A DNA stretch of 64,000 nucleotides from an uncultured Bacteroidales bacterium (GTDB lineage: Bacteria > Bacteroidota > Bacteroidia > Bacteroidales > VadinHA17), in NCBI GenBank assembly GCA_963730615.1, contig CAVSSR010000010.1, positions 479-64,478 on the forward strand, written 5' to 3'. Made by a program: the position numbers and the translations under genes. Below, one piece after another: positions 28,013 to 43,502 of the stretch (position 1 is the stretch's first letter; every line of letters starts with the position of its first letter). The notes beneath the pieces are model-generated. The model did no database searches. It was given only the letters and a program-made list of their open reading frames with translations, and had not been told where the DNA came from.

Positions 28013-28414
28013 TCATTTACCGTAATCGTAAGGTGCAACATCCGTAACCTGGATCTGGTAGATCCTGTACATACTGTATGAGCCACCGTTACCGGCGTTC
28101 ATCAGATAATTGCACTCATAGAAATATGCACCCGACACGAGTATCTCAGCTCCCTGCTCGAATGTTATCAGTTCGTCCATAAACTCCGAAGGGTTGCAGA
28201 AATAGTATATATCGTAATTGCTCCAGAGCGGTACGAACTGGGCTGATTTGGATTCAGCATTATAAGAGATATGGACATGAGCCAGTTTCAGAGTGTCAAG
28301 AGCGTCTCCGTCGCACCCGCACTTAGGCTGTTTTTTGCAGCCTGCCGATGAAATCACTCCTGCAATAAGCATAAGAGCCAATGCACCGTTTGCCAGAATT
28401 CTTTTTATGTTCAT
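28013..28414 (-). CDS. Hypothetical lipoprotein
   Basis: Signal peptide with lipobox ISSAGC; 133 aa. Confidence 0.55.
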   Translation of the reverse strand: MNIKRILANGALALMLIAGVISSAGCKKQPKCGCDGDALDTLKLAHVHISYNAESKSAQFVPLWSNYDIYYFCNPSEFMDELITFEQGAEILVSGAYFYECNYLMNAGNGGSYSMYRIYQIQVTDVAPYDYGK

Positions 28415-28518
28415 AATTCACGCTGTTAACTATCTGCAAAATAACGATTATTTTCATTCCCTGCCAAAAAGAAAGGCTGTAACACATTGTCACAGCCCTC
28501 TCTTTTAACAGTCACATG

Positions 28519-28842
28519 TTATGCTTGTGCCGTTGGACCTCCAAAATTCACGGGCATGACCGGTCCCGATCCCTTTACCTCACGTATGGTACCGTGTACA
28601 GCCTCATACTTCGAGATATTGTCATTCAGGGCAGCCACCAGCCTTTTAGCATGTTCAGGCGTAAGTATGATCCTCGATTTAACCTTTGATTTTGGTACGC
28701 CGGGCATTATCCGGATAAAATCAATTACAAACTCGGCAGGTGAATGTGTGATTACCGCAAGGTTCGAATAGACACCCTGTGCAACATCCTCGCTGAGCTC
28801 GATGTTAAACTGATTCTGGTTCTGATTCTTATTGTCTGCCAT
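28519..28842 (-). CDS. DUF3467 domain-containing protein
   Basis: 107 aa. The pattern IELSEDVAQGVYSNLAVITHSPAEFVIDFI and the position directly downstream of rpoC are typical for Bacteroidota. Confidence 0.75.
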   Translation of the reverse strand: MADNKNQNQNQFNIELSEDVAQGVYSNLAVITHSPAEFVIDFIRIMPGVPKSKVKSRIILTPEHAKRLVAALNDNISKYEAVHGTIREVKGSGPVMPVNFGGPTAQA

Positions 28843-28853
28843 GATATTGTGGT

Positions 28854-33152
<4,299 letters not shown>

Positions 33153-33192
33153 ATATTTTATTTTTTTATATCTGGTTAATTACCCGGCTTGT

Positions 33193-36100
33193 CTATTCAA
33201 GGTTGATGCTCAGGCCCAGGCCCCTCAGCTCGTGCAGAAGCACGTTAAGAGATTCTGGTATGCCCGGAAGTGGCATCGGTTCACCCTTGACGATAGCCTC
33301 GTAAGCTTTTGCCCTTCCTATCACATCGTCAGACTTGATAGTAAGTATCTCCTGGAGTATATGTGCAGCGCCAAATGCTTCAAGCGCCCAAACCTCCATC
33401 TCACCAAACCTCTGGCCGCCAAACTGTGCCTTGCCTCCGAGAGGCTGCTGGGTGATGAGCGAATACGGCCCTATTGAACGGGCGTGCATCTTGTCATCAA
33501 CCATGTGGCCGAGTTTGAGCATGTAGATCATTCCCACGGTGGCTGGCTGGTCGAACCTGTCACCCGTGCCTCCGTCATAGAGGTAGGTGGTACCGTTGCG
33601 CGGTATGCCGGCTTTTTCGGTCAGGTCATGAATCTCTTCCTGGTTCGCTCCGTCGAATATCGGGGTTGAGAACTGCATTCCAAGCTCCTTGCCTGCCCAT
33701 CCCAGGACTGTCTCATAGATCTGTCCGAGGTTCATCCTCGAAGGCACACCCAGCGGGTTAAGAACGATGTCCACCGGTGTTCCGTCAGCAAGGAACGGCA
33801 TGTCCTCGGCACGTACAATCTTGGCAACAATACCCTTGTTACCGTGACGTCCGGCCATCTTGTCTCCGACCCTCACCTTGCGCTTCTTGGCAATATATAC
33901 CTTGGCAAGCCTTACTATGCCTGCAGGCAGCTCATCACCGATGGTGATGTTGTACCTCTTCCTCTTGTATACACCGTCTATCTCCTTGTGCTTGATAATA
34001 TAGTTATGGAGAAGCTGTTTGATGCTGTCATTCTTTTTCTTGTCTGTCGTCCACTTGTTGGGGTTGACATTCAGATAATCAATCTCCTGCAGCTGCTTAA
34101 GCGTGAATTTGGCTCCCTTGGGGATAACATCCACGTTCAGATAATCCTTCACTCCCTGTGAGGTCTTACCGTTCACAAGTATAAAGAGCTTGTCAACCAG
34201 GCGTGCTTTCAGATCATCCGCCGTTCTGTTGAAGTCAGCATCGATCTTGTCAAGCAGGGGCTTCTCGGCTGTCTTGGCCTTGCGGTCCTTTATAGCCCTG
34301 GTGAAGAGCTTCTTGTCTATGACCACACCTTCAAGAGACGGTCCGGCCTTGAGTGAGGCATCCTTGACATCACCGGCCTTGTCTCCGAAGATGGCTCTGA
34401 GGAGCTTTTCCTCAGGTGAAGGATCAGATTCGCCTTTTGGCGTGATCTTTCCGATAAGAATGTCACCGGGTCTGATCTGTGCGCCTATTCTTATGAGGCC
34501 GTTCTCATCAAGGTTCTTCGTTGCCTCTTCACTTACGTTCGGGATATCGGAGGTCAAGCTCTTCCATACCGCGTTTGGTGTCGCGAACTTCAAGAAGGTA
34601 CTCATCTATATGCACTGAAGTGAAGATGTCTTCCTGCACTACCTTTTCACTCAGCACGATGGCATCCTCAAAGTTGTATCCCTTCCATGGCATGAAAGCC
34701 ACCTTAAGGTTACGGCCAAGTGCCAGCTCACCGTTCTTGGTGCCATACCCTTCGGTAAGCACCTGTCCTTTTACAACCTTCTCCCCTTTCTTAACGATCG
34801 GAACGAGGTTGATTGTCGTATTCTGGTTTGTCTTGTGGTACTTGGGCAGATTGTAACGCCTGACGTCATCATCAAAGCTGACGAATTTTTCCTCATCAGT
34901 CCTGCGAGTATCTTACGACTATCTCGTTTGAATCAACGTATTCGATCACGCCGTCGCCTTCAGAGACTATCAGTATCCTTGAGTCTTTTATGACCTGTGC
35001 TTCCAGACCGGTGCCGACAATAGGTGCTTCAGGCCTTACCAGCGGCACTGCCTGTCTCATCATGTTTGATCCCATGAGTGCACGGTTGGCATCATCATGC
35101 TCGAGGAAAGGTATCAGTGATGCAGCTATTGATGCAATCTGGTTTGGAGCCACATCCATCATCTGCACCTTGGCAACCTCCTCGTAGGGATAGTCTGCCC
35201 CGAGCCTTGACTTGGCCCTGGGGTTCGTGAAGGTACCGTCTGCATTCAGCGGGGCATTGGCCTGCGCCACAGTCAGGTACTCTTCGTCTTCAGCGGTAAG
35301 CCACTTTACGGCATCGTTCTTGAGATCAACCTTCCCGTTGACAACATCACGGTAGGGTGTCTCGATGAAGCCGAGGTTATTGATCTTGGCATATACGCAA
35401 AGCGAAGATATAAGACCGATATTCGGTCCTTCAGGTGTCTCGATGGGACAGAGACGGCCATAATGGGTGTAATGTACGTCACGAACCTCAAATCCTGCGC
35501 GTTCACGCGAAAGACCGCCGGGACCGAGGGCTGAGAGACGACGCTTGTGGGTCATCTCTGCCAGCGGGTTGGTCTGATCCATGAACTGTGACAGCTGGTT
35601 GGTGCCGAAGAATGAGTTTATGACTGACGACAGGGTCTTTGAATTGATGAGGTCAACAGGTGTGAAGACCTCATTATCCCTGACGTTCATGCGCTCACGT
35701 ATCGTACGTGCCATACGGGCAAGACCTACACTGAACTGTGCTGACAGCTGTTCACCGACGGTACGTACCCTCCTGTTGCTCAGGTGGTCAATATCATCAA
35801 CATCAGTCTTTGAGTTGATGAGCTCAATCAGGTACCGTATGATGGCAATAATATCCTCCCTTGTCAGGATCTTGGTGTTCATGTCGATGTTAAGCTTCAG
35901 CTTGCGGTTTATCCGGAAGCGTCCCACCTCGCCAAGATCATAACGTTTATCCGAGAAGAAGAGCTTGTCAATGACATCACGTGCCGTAGCCTCATCCGGC
36001 GGCTCTGCATTGCGCAGCTGACGGTAGATGTATATCACAGCCTCTTTCTCTGAGTTGCAGGGGTCTTTCTGCAAAGTATTGTATATGATAGCAAAGTCAG

Positions 36101-37004
36101 ACAGGCTCACATCCTCGCGGTGAAGCAGGATCGATTTTGCCCCTGAGTCAACTATCAGGTCAATATGTTCATTTTCAATGACTGTCTCCCTGTCGAGCAC
36201 TACCTCGTTACGTTCGATGGAGACAACCTCACCCGTATCCTCGTCGACGAAATCCTCGACCCATGTACGGAGAACCCTCGCGGCGAGCTTGCGGCCGACG
36301 AGTTTCTTGATGTTCACCTTTGAGACCTTATGCTCTTCGGCAAGGTTGAAGATCTCAAGGATATCCTTATCGCCCTCGAAGCCGATAGCCCTCAGAAGGG
36401 TTGTGACAGGCAGTTTCTTCTTCCTGTCAATATAGGCGTACATCACATTGTTGATGTCAGTGGCAAACTCTATCCATGATCCCTTGAACGGGATGATGCG
36501 TGCTGAATAAAGCTTGGTGCCGTTGGCGTGGATGCTCTGTCCGAAGAACACGCCGGGTGACCTGTGGAGCTGTGAGACGACAACCCTCTCAGCGCCGTTG
36601 ATGACGAATGTACCGCGCTCGGTCATGTAAGGAATGACGCCCAGGTATACATCCTGGATCACAGTGTCAAAATCCTCATGCTCGGGATCGGTGCAGTAAA
36701 GTTTTAGTTTGGCTTTCAGCGGAACGCTGAAGGTCAGGCCTCTCTCAATACACTCATCGATTGTATATCTCGGAGGGTCAATTGAATAATCCAGAAACTC
36801 CAGCACAAAATTGTTCCTGGTGTCGGTGATGGGGAAGTTCTCCATGAAAACCTGGTAAAGGTTTTCTTTCCTCCTGTTCTCAGGTGTGGTGCCAAGCTGG
36901 AAAAACTCGGCAAAAGATTTTAATTGAATCTCAAGAAAATCAGGATATTCGAGCTGATCTTTCTTGGATGCGAAACTTACGCGTTCGTTATTTTTCGAGG
37001 ACAT
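33193..37004 (-). CDS. rpoB: DNA-directed RNA polymerase subunit beta; reading frame broken twice (near 34899-34912 and near 34555)
   Basis: Three collinear pieces: 34896..37004, a middle piece ...[24 protein letters not shown]...RGMEEL, and 33193..34605 from ...[13 protein letters not shown]. The span of 3812 nt is 3n+2, i.e. two extra bases. Removing the base at about 34555 restores ...[12 protein letters not shown]... Confidence 0.95.
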
Positions 37005-37040
37005 TGATGGTAGGATTAAGTGAACTTATTAAAAATGCCA

Positions 37041-37074
37041 AAAAGGCTTAGCTCCGCCGGATGGCGGAACTAAA
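37041..37074 (-). terminator. Hairpin/attenuator between rplL and rpoB
   Basis: Minus strand reads TTAGTTCCGCC-ATCC-GGCGGAGCTAAG followed by CCTTTTT. This is the classical position of the partial terminator in the rplJL-rpoBC operon. Confidence 0.6.
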
Positions 37075-37101
37075 CCTGTAAACCCGGTTGTCAGGTATAG
37101 C

Positions 37102-37479
37102 TTATTTAAGTTCAACTTCAGCTCCTGAATCTTCCAATTGCTTCTTAATGTTCTCAGCCTCTTCTTTTGAGACACCTTCTTTAACAGGTGACGGAGCGGC
37201 GTCAACAACAGCTTTGGCTTCTTTAAGACCGAGGCCTGTGATATCTTTCACCAGCTTGACGATCTGAAGCTTCTGGCCGCCTGCATTTTTAAGGATAACA
37301 TCGAAAGAACTTTTCTCAGCAACAACAGGAGCGTCTCCGCTGCCTGACGGTGCTGCAACAGCCACTGCTGCGGCTGCAGGTTCAATGCCATACTCATCTT
37401 TCAGTATTTTCGCAAGCTCATTAACCTCTTTAACGGTTAAGTTCACCAACTCTTCTGCAAATTTCTTAAGATCTGCCAT
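37102..37479 (-). CDS. rplL: 50S ribosomal protein L7/L12
   Basis: 125 aa with the Ala-rich hinge and the C-terminal [12 protein letters not shown] motif. Confidence 0.97.
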   Translation of the reverse strand: MADLKKFAEELVNLTVKEVNELAKILKDEYGIEPAAAAVAVAAPSGSGDAPVVAEKSSFDVILKNAGGQKLQIVKLVKDITGLGLKEAKAVVDAAPSPVKEGVSKEEAENIKKQLEDSGAEVELK

Positions 37480-37515
37480 TTCTATTATGAATTTTAATTT
37501 GATTACTATTAATGA

Positions 37516-38031
37516 TTACTTCTTTGACAGTGTTTCAAGAACACCATGAATTTTTGTACCACCTGACTGCAGTGCGGAGATAACATTCTTCGCGGGCGAC
37601 TGGAGCAGAGTCAGGATATCGCCGATGAGCTCCTCTTTTGACTTGAGAGCCACGAGGGTCTCAAGAAGGTTTTCACCGACATATACAGATTCTGCAACAT
37701 ACGCTCCTTTTATCAGCGGTTTGGGATGCGATTTACGGAACTCCCTGATCATTTTTGCGGGAGTATTTCCGTTATTCGAGAACATAACAGCAGTCGAGCC
37801 TTTAAGCACGGGGAACAGTTCTCCGCATTCAAGGCCTGTCTGCTCCAGCGCTCTCTTCAGGAGGGTGTTCTTCACGACAACCAGTCTTATCTGGTTCTCA
37901 AAACACTTCCTTCTGAGATCACTGGTGTCAGCAGCATTGAGCTGTGCAGTGTCAGTCAGGTAAAAGTGACTGTATTCTTTCAGAATATCAGCCAGACTGT
38001 TAATTATTTCGGATTTTTCGTCTTTTCTCAT
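37516..38031 (-). CDS. rplJ: 50S ribosomal protein L10
   Basis: 171 aa, positioned between rplA and rplL. Confidence 0.95.
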   Translation of the reverse strand: MRKDEKSEIINSLADILKEYSHFYLTDTAQLNAADTSDLRRKCFENQIRLVVVKNTLLKRALEQTGLECGELFPVLKGSTAVMFSNNGNTPAKMIREFRKSHPKPLIKGAYVAESVYVGENLLETLVALKSKEELIGDILTLLQSPAKNVISALQSGGTKIHGVLETLSKK

Positions 38032-38056
38032 AATCTCTCTGAGGTTTAGCTTTCAG

Positions 38057-38752
38057 TTACACGTCAAGGCTCTTGGGATCAACCTTCAGTCCCGCGCTCA
38101 TAGTGCTTGACAGGAATATACTTCTGATGTATGTTCCTTTAGCCGAGGTGGGTTTGAGTTTGTTGATCATTCCGAGAAACTCTTTGGCGTTCTCTACGAT
38201 CTTATGAGGTTCAAAGGATACTTTTCCGATGGAAGCATGTACTATACCGGCTTTGTCAACTTTAAAGTCGATTTTTCCCTGCTTGACCTCTTTTACAGCC
38301 TTGCTGATCTCCATGGTTACGGTGCCGCTTTTTGGGTTCGGCATGAGTCCACGGGGACCAAGCACGCGTCCTAACTGACCTATCTTACCCATCACTGAGG
38401 GCATGGTAATAATCACATCAACATCCGTCCAGCCGCCTTTGATCTTCTCAACCCACTCTTCCAGCCCCACATAATCTGCGCCTGCTTCTGTTGCTTCAGC
38501 CACCTTGTCAGGTGTTACGAGAGCCAGAACCCTGACCTCCTTACCTGTACCGTGAGGAAGGGAAACGACACCGCGAACCATCTGATTCGATTTGCGGGGG
38601 TCAATTCCCAGCCTTACATCAAGATCAACCGAAGCATCAAACTTTGATGTCGTGATATCTTTTACCAATGCTGCCGCTTCTGACAAAGTATAGAGCTTGC
38701 CATGCTCGATTTTCTCGAGGGCAAACTTCTGATTCTTGGTAAGCTTAGCCAT
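38057..38752 (-). CDS. rplA: 50S ribosomal protein L1
   Basis: 231 aa with the motif [10 protein letters not shown]. Confidence 0.97.
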   Translation of the reverse strand: MAKLTKNQKFALEKIEHGKLYTLSEAAALVKDITTSKFDASVDLDVRLGIDPRKSNQMVRGVVSLPHGTGKEVRVLALVTPDKVAEATEAGADYVGLEEWVEKIKGGWTDVDVIITMPSVMGKIGQLGRVLGPRGLMPNPKSGTVTMEISKAVKEVKQGKIDFKVDKAGIVHASIGKVSFEPHKIVENAKEFLGMINKLKPTSAKGTYIRSIFLSSTMSAGLKVDPKSLDV

Positions 38753-38770
38753 TTTTATACACTTATTAGT

Positions 38771-39211
38771 TTATTTACCCGGGAATTCACCGGTCACGGT
38801 GATGCCCATACTCCTGGCCGTGCCAGCCACCATCTTCATCGCGGAATCGAGGGTGAAGCAGTTTAAATCCTGCATCTTTGCCTCAGCAATAGTCTTTACC
38901 TGATCCCATGTTATTGATGCCACCTTGTTACGGTTGGGCTCCGGAGAGCCTTTCTTTGTCTTGGAGGCCTCGATAATCTGGACGGCAACAGGAGGTGTCT
39001 TTGTGATAAATTCAAAAGACTTGTCATTGTACACGGTGATAATCACCGGGATGACCTTCCCTGCCATGTCCTGGGTACGGGCATTGAACTGTTTACAAAA
39101 CTCCATGATATTCACACCTTTGGAACCCAGTGCGGGTCCTACCGGTGGAGATGGATTGGCTGCTCCGCCTTTAATCTGTAATTTGATTAATCCAGCAACT
39201 TCTTTTGCCAT
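38771..39211 (-). CDS. rplK: 50S ribosomal protein L11
   Basis: 146 aa with the motif PPVGPALG. Confidence 0.97.
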   Translation of the reverse strand: MAKEVAGLIKLQIKGGAANPSPPVGPALGSKGVNIMEFCKQFNARTQDMAGKVIPVIITVYNDKSFEFITKTPPVAVQIIEASKTKKGSPEPNRNKVASITWDQVKTIAEAKMQDLNCFTLDSAMKMVAGTARSMGITVTGEFPGK

Positions 39212-39297
39212 AATTAAAAATTTGCATTGTTTATAGCGAGAGCATGACGGCCGTTTAAGGAAGCATTATAATTCACGGCTGTCAATTTCCTGATTTC

Positions 39298-39846
39298 CTA
39301 ACTTTCTTTCTCTACCTGCATGAAGCTGAGTTCGAGCGGGGTCTTTCGTCCGAAGATCTTGACCATCACTTTCAGCTTACGCTTCTCTTCGTTAACCTCT
39401 TCAATAACTCCTGAGAAGCTGTTGAAGGGGCCATCTATCACTTTCACCGTTTCCCCGACGACGAAGGGCACATTAAGCTCCTCATCGCTTGCGGCAAGTT
39501 CATCGACCTTGCCCAGGATACGGTTTATTTCTGCCTTGCGTATCGGTGTCGGCTCACCCGACTGTGTCCCGAGAAAACCGAGCACGTTGGGTACGTTGCG
39601 TAACACATGAGGCACCTCACCCACGAGTGCGGCTTCCACTATGACATATCCGGGAAAGAAGTTTCGCTCCTTGCTTATCTTCTTGCCTGAACGTATCTGG
39701 TAAACCTTCTCCGTAGGGATGAGTACCTGTGTTATGTAATCCTGCAGCTTCAGGCGCACGATCTCGTTCTCGAGATATTCCTTCACCTTCTTCTCCTTGC
39801 CGCCAATAGCCCTGAGCACATACCACTTTTTAACGTTCTCACTCAT
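39298..39846 (-). CDS. nusG: Transcription termination/antitermination factor NusG
   Basis: 182 aa with WYVLRAIGGKEKKV (NGN domain) and a KOW motif (VKVIDGPFNSFSGVIEEV). Confidence 0.95.
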   Translation of the reverse strand: MSENVKKWYVLRAIGGKEKKVKEYLENEIVRLKLQDYITQVLIPTEKVYQIRSGKKISKERNFFPGYVIVEAALVGEVPHVLRNVPNVLGFLGTQSGEPTPIRKAEINRILGKVDELAASDEELNVPFVVGETVKVIDGPFNSFSGVIEEVNEEKRKLKVMVKIFGRKTPLELSFMQVEKES

Positions 39847-39863
39847 TTGTGATCGTCATCTTA

Positions 39864-40055
39864 TTAATACAACCAACCGTATACTGTGCTCATGACCTTT
39901 TCAAAGGCGAAATCCATCATCCATATCACTATGGCGAGGATCACCGATGTGACCAGAACAAGGGTGGCGCTGCCCTGAAGCTCACTCCACGATGGCCAGG
40001 TCACCTTATGCATCAGTTCGTTGTATGATTCTTTAAAATAATTAAGTACTTTCAT
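39864..40055 (-). CDS. secE: Preprotein translocase subunit SecE
   Basis: I use the ATG at 40055 (MKVLNYFKESYNELMHKVTWPSW...) because the longer ORF-track start overlaps tRNA-Trp. It has a single C-terminal TM helix. Confidence 0.85.
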   Translation of the reverse strand: MKVLNYFKESYNELMHKVTWPSWSELQGSATLVLVTSVILAIVIWMMDFAFEKVMSTVYGWLY

Positions 40056-40073
40056 TTCAAGACTTCGATTTAG

Positions 40074-40146
40074 CACGGGAGGAGAGACTCGAACTCCCGA
40101 CACCTGGTTTTGGAGACCAGTGCTCTACCAACTGAGCTACACCCGT
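40074..40146 (-). tRNA. tRNA-Trp (anticodon CCA)
   Basis: The 73-nt sequence was folded by hand: D arm GCTC/GAGC, anticodon stem CTGGT/ACCAG with loop CTCCAAA, T arm GGGAG-TTCGAGT-CTCTC. CCA is not encoded. Confidence 0.9.
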
Positions 40147-40164
40147 GTACATTTTCAATGACAC

Positions 40165-40193
40165 CCGTCCGTCCGCCAGAAGGCGGACGACGG
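40165..40193 (-). terminator. GC-rich hairpin after tuf (terminator or processing site before tRNA-Trp)
   Basis: Minus strand reads CCGTCGTCCGCC-TTCT-GGCGGACGGACGG (one bulge). The downstream U-tract is weak. Confidence 0.45.
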
Positions 40194-40215
40194 ATACCAC
40201 TATATATATAAGGTC

Positions 40216-41404
40216 TTAGACAAGTATATCAATAACCTGACCTGCTCCCACTGTACGTCCGCCTTCGCGGATAGCAAAACGGAGGTTCTTGTTGATAGCC
40301 ACAGGATAGATAAGGTCGACGGTGATGGTTACGTTATCACCTGGCATTACCATTTCTGTTCCTTCAGGGAGAGTGATCTCACCGGTTATGTCGAGAGTTC
40401 TCAGATAGAACTGGGGACGATAATGGTTGTGGAACGGAGTGTGACGGCCACCTTCTTCTTTCTTGAGCACATACACCTCAGCCTTGAATTTGGTGTGGGG
40501 TGTGATTGAACCCGGTTTGGCAAGCACATGACCTCTCTTGATCTCTTTCTTGTCAACACCGCGCAGCAGCAGACCTACGTTGTCACCTGCTTCACCCTGA
40601 TCAAGGATCTTGCGGAACATCTCAACACCGGTACATATTGACTTGCGTTTTTCTGCACCAAGACCTACGATCTCGAGCTCATCACCTGTATGAACAACAC
40701 CTGTCTCAATACGGCCTGTGGCAACTGTACCACGTCCGGTGATTGAGAAAATGTCTTCTACCGGCATAAGGAACGGTTTCTCATTCTCACGCAAAGGTAT
40801 CGGAATGAATGAGTCAACTGCATCCATCAGTTCCATGACCTTTTCTTCCCATTTGGGTTCGTGGTTCATGGCACCGAGGGCTGAGCCGCGGATAACGGGA
40901 GCATCCGTCACCGTCATACTTATAGAAGTTCAGAAGGTCACGTATTTCCATCTCAACAAGGTCAATAAGCTCCTCATCATCGACAAGGTCAACTTTATTA
41001 AGGAAGACCACAATTTTCGGAACGTTTACCTGACGAGCGAGAAGGATATGCTCGCGTGTCTGAGGCATCGGGCCGTCAGTAGCAGCAACAACGATGATCG
41101 CACCGTCCATCTGGGCAGCACCTGTAACCATGTTCTTAACATAGTCAGCGTGTCCGGGACAGTCGACGTGAGCATAGTGACGGTTCGCCGTTGAATACTC
41201 AACGTGAGCTGTGTTGATCGTAATACCCCTTTCCTTTTCCTCGGGAGCATTGTCGATTGAATCAAAGTCCCTGATTTCCGAGAGACCTTTTTTAGCGAGA
41301 ACCATCGTAATAGCAGCTGTCAAAGTGGTCTTGCCGTGGTCGACGTGACCGATTGTACCGATATTAACGTGTGGCTTCGACCTGTCAAATTTTTCTTTTG
41401 CCAT
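40216..41404 (-). CDS. tuf: Elongation factor Tu; frame broken once at about 40905-40906
   Basis: ORFs 40814..41404 ([19 protein letters not shown]) and 40216..40917 (...[30 protein letters not shown]...). The span of 1189 nt is 3n+1. Deleting one c of the cc at 40905-40906 gives ...[16 protein letters not shown]... Confidence 0.95.
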
Positions 41405-41466
41405 AACTAGAAGCTTATTAAATTATTTACATCCAAATACATCCAAATACAATTAAAATTCTTTCG

Positions 41467-41538
41467 AGCCGATGATGAGAATTGAACTCATGACCCCTTC
41501 CTTACCAAGGAAGTGCTCTACCCCTGAGCTACATCGGC
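41467..41538 (-). tRNA. tRNA-Thr (anticodon GGT)
   Basis: Acceptor GCCGATG/CATCGGC, anticodon loop TTGGTAA, T loop TTCAATT; 72 nt. Confidence 0.9.
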
Positions 41539-41542
41539 TTTT

Positions 41543-41616
<74 letters not shown>

Positions 41617-41685
41617 TTATATCTGTCACCAGTGCCCGGTACGCTTTCCGGGGAAAGAGCACTTTGCTGTCCTGCAATGAATTAG

Positions 41686-41768
41686 TGGGGAGAGCAGGAT
41701 TCGAACCTACGAAGTCATTCGACAGCAGATTTACAGTCTGCCCCAGTTGGCCACTTTGGTATCTCCCC
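41686..41768 (-). tRNA. tRNA-Tyr (anticodon GTA)
   Basis: Acceptor GGGGAGA/TCTCCCC, anticodon loop CTGTAAA, long variable arm; 83 nt. Confidence 0.9.
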
Positions 41769-41816
41769 CTTCATGCAGGCATGTCTGGTTAGACATACAC
41801 TTACTCATCATTAATG

Positions 41817-41890
41817 AGCCGATGAAGGGAATCGAACCCCCGACCTGCAGATTACAAATCAGCTGCTCTGGCCAACTGAGCTACATCGGC
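41817..41890 (-). tRNA. tRNA-Thr (anticodon TGT)
   Basis: Acceptor GCCGATG/CATCGGC, anticodon loop TTTGTAA, T loop TTCGATT; 74 nt. Confidence 0.9.
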
Positions 41891-41942
41891 ATTTGAAAGA
41901 ACGGCCGATTCATGAGTTAAATACCCTCAAAAATCGGTTTGC

Positions 41943-41974
41943 AAATGTAGGAATTAAAATTTCAAATCTCAAAA
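41943..41974 (-). promoter_or_regulatory. Canonical Bacteroidota sigma-A-type promoter of the tRNA(Thr-Tyr-Gly-Thr)-tuf operon
   Basis: On the minus strand, TACATTTG (plus-strand CAAATGTA at 41943-41950) with TTTG (plus-strand CAAA at 41971-41974) 20 nt upstream. It lies about 50 nt before the first tRNA. Confidence 0.5.
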
Positions 41975-42004
41975 ATTATGTGAAGTTTTTTTGCCCGGAG
42001 GAAA

Positions 42005-42304
42005 CTACTCCCCTCGCATCTTGCCCTTCTGTTTGACTATCTGCTTCTTAAGGGCGGCGATCACCAGATCGGTCGCTTCTTCAAATGTCTTGCTCTGTTT
42101 CCGCGCAAAAAGAGGCCCCTTGGGATATTCTATCCTGATCTCAGTCACCTTGTTCTCCCTCTCTTCGTCCTTTTCAAGCTTAAGGATTATCTCTGCACTG
42201 ACAATATCATCGGTCACGAGAGATAACTTGTTCACCTTCTGAGTTACAAAATCAAGCAGTTTCTTGTCTGCATCAAACTTGAGCGAATGGATCTGAATAT
42301 TCAT
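42005..42304 (-). CDS. hpf: Ribosome hibernation promoting factor (HPF/RaiA family)
   Basis: 99 aa; the MNIQIHSLKFDADKKLLDFVTQKVNKL... pattern is typical of the short HPF. Confidence 0.85.
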   Translation of the reverse strand: MNIQIHSLKFDADKKLLDFVTQKVNKLSLVTDDIVSAEIILKLEKDEERENKVTEIRIEYPKGPLFARKQSKTFEEATDLVIAALKKQIVKQKGKMRGE

Positions 42305-42328
42305 GGCAGTACCTCCTGTTATTGGTTT

Positions 42329-43210
42329 TTAGGCTCTTGGATGAGCCTGTTTGTATACTTTCTTTAACTGTTCAAATGTATTGTGAGTGTAAACCTGGGT
42401 GGCCGACAGACTGGCATGACCCAGCAATTCCTTGATCGAATTGAGGTCGGCGCCGTGGTTCAGCATGTGCGTGGCAAAGGTGTGACGCAAAACATGCGGG
42501 CTTTTCTTTTCAACGGTTGTCACCATGGAGAGATACCTTCTCACTATATTATAAACACCTTTGTCATACAGTTTGTTTCCCTTATCTGTGACAAAAAACC
42601 ATTCACCGGCATGACTTGTTTTGCTGCGGGCCTGCAGATAAATTTCAAGTGATTTCAAGAAGCTGGCGGCCAGAGGAATAACTCTCTGCTTGTTTCGCTT
42701 GCCCGTCACCCTGACCTGACCTGAAGAGAGATCCACATCCTCATCACGCAGGCTTATCAGCTCTGATCGCCTCATGCCTGTAAGATACAAAAATTCTATG
42801 ATAGTCCTGTCACGTATACCTGAAAAATTATCTCCGAATTTGTAATCGTCCAGAAGCTTGTCGAGAGCCTCTTCGGCAACAAAGACCGGCAGCTGCCTGG
42901 ACTTCTTCGGAAGCTTCAGCCCTGACAGGGGGTCAGAGCTGCTCAGGCCATGTTTCCTCATGTATCTGTAAAATGAACGGAGGGCGGACATTTTCCTGTG
43001 AACCGTTCCGGTGGCACAACCGTTCTCAATGAGTGATACCATCCATGCTCTCACCTCGCCCTGGGTCACATCCTCAGCGGTGATATCAGCGGCATTCACT
43101 TCCAACCACTTAAAAAACTGGTCTAAGTCGTTCTTGTACGAAGTTACGGTATTCCGGGAATAGCGCTTCTCGGTCCGGATGTATTGCAGGAATGATTCCT
43201 TTTTGTCCAT
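42329..43210 (-). CDS. Tyrosine-type site-specific recombinase (XerC/XerD-like)
   Basis: 293 aa with the C-terminal catalytic pattern HVLRHTFATHML...LLGHASLSATQVYTH. Confidence 0.85.
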   Translation of the reverse strand: MDKKESFLQYIRTEKRYSRNTVTSYKNDLDQFFKWLEVNAADITAEDVTQGEVRAWMVSLIENGCATGTVHRKMSALRSFYRYMRKHGLSSSDPLSGLKLPKKSRQLPVFVAEEALDKLLDDYKFGDNFSGIRDRTIIEFLYLTGMRRSELISLRDEDVDLSSGQVRVTGKRNKQRVIPLAASFLKSLEIYLQARSKTSHAGEWFFVTDKGNKLYDKGVYNIVRRYLSMVTTVEKKSPHVLRHTFATHMLNHGADLNSIKELLGHASLSATQVYTHNTFEQLKKVYKQAHPRA

Positions 43211-43262
43211 AAAAGGAACCTGTTAAGATTGTTTTTATCAGAAATAAAAAGCAGTTGGGCTG

Positions 43263-43454
43263 TTATTCCTCTTCCTGCTGCAGATGCTGAACATAAACGG
43301 CTTTCTTTATCGCTTCCCTGCGGCGTACGGAGGGTTTGATAAAAGCCTGACGCGTTCTGAGCTCACGGATAACACCCGTTTTTTCAAATTTTCTCTTGAA
43401 TTTTTTAAGAGCCCTGTCAATGTTCTCGCCTTCTTTTACCGGTACAATTATCAT
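43263..43454 (-). CDS. rpsU: 30S ribosomal protein S21
   Basis: 63 aa; MIIVPVKEGENIDRALKKFKRKFEKTGV... Confidence 0.95.
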   Translation of the reverse strand: MIIVPVKEGENIDRALKKFKRKFEKTGVIRELRTRQAFIKPSVRRREAIKKAVYVQHLQQEEE

Positions 43455-43502
43455 AATTCAACTTTATGTTAAAACGAGCCGCAAAATTAATATGTATCAA
43501 AT

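Noticed and set aside
28411-28440. Partial match to the module's distal block (TTCATAATTCACGC) next to the start of lipoprotein gene 28013..28414
   Set aside because: It abuts the start codon directly. It also lacks the TGTAAC repeat at N15 and the -7 box at N21, so the architecture is absent. Probably chance.
28474-28500. GTAACAC word inside the hairpin after the DUF3467 gene, resembling the proximal TGTAACAC block
   Set aside because: No distal block, no -7 box at N21 and no downstream gene in that orientation. It is better explained as the weak terminator stem GGCTGT/ACAGCC.
39255-39285. Partial match (ATTATAATTCACGG) in the nusG-rplK spacer
   Set aside because: No second TGTAA repeat and no correctly spaced TAnnTTTG box. 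It lies in a conserved ribosomal operon spacer.
33193-41404. Programmed ribosomal frameshifting or genuine pseudogenisation of rpoB and tuf
   Set aside because: No slippery heptamer or stimulatory structure is evident at the junctions. Similar 1-nt disruptions occur in at least eight unrelated genes, usually at short homopolymers. Sequence error is far more parsimonious for essential single-copy genes.
41429-41450. Tandem decamer ACATCCAAAT x2 in the tRNA-Thr/tuf spacer
   Set aside because: Only two short copies are present. It could be a leader or promoter element of tuf, but nothing in the sequence distinguishes it from chance.
42329-43210. Tyrosine recombinase next to a tRNA cluster as a sign of an integrated mobile element
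   Set aside because: As far as I recall, the rpsU-recombinase-hpf-tRNA-tuf arrangement is a conserved core layout in Bacteroidota. I saw no direct repeats of a tRNA 3' end and no cargo genes.
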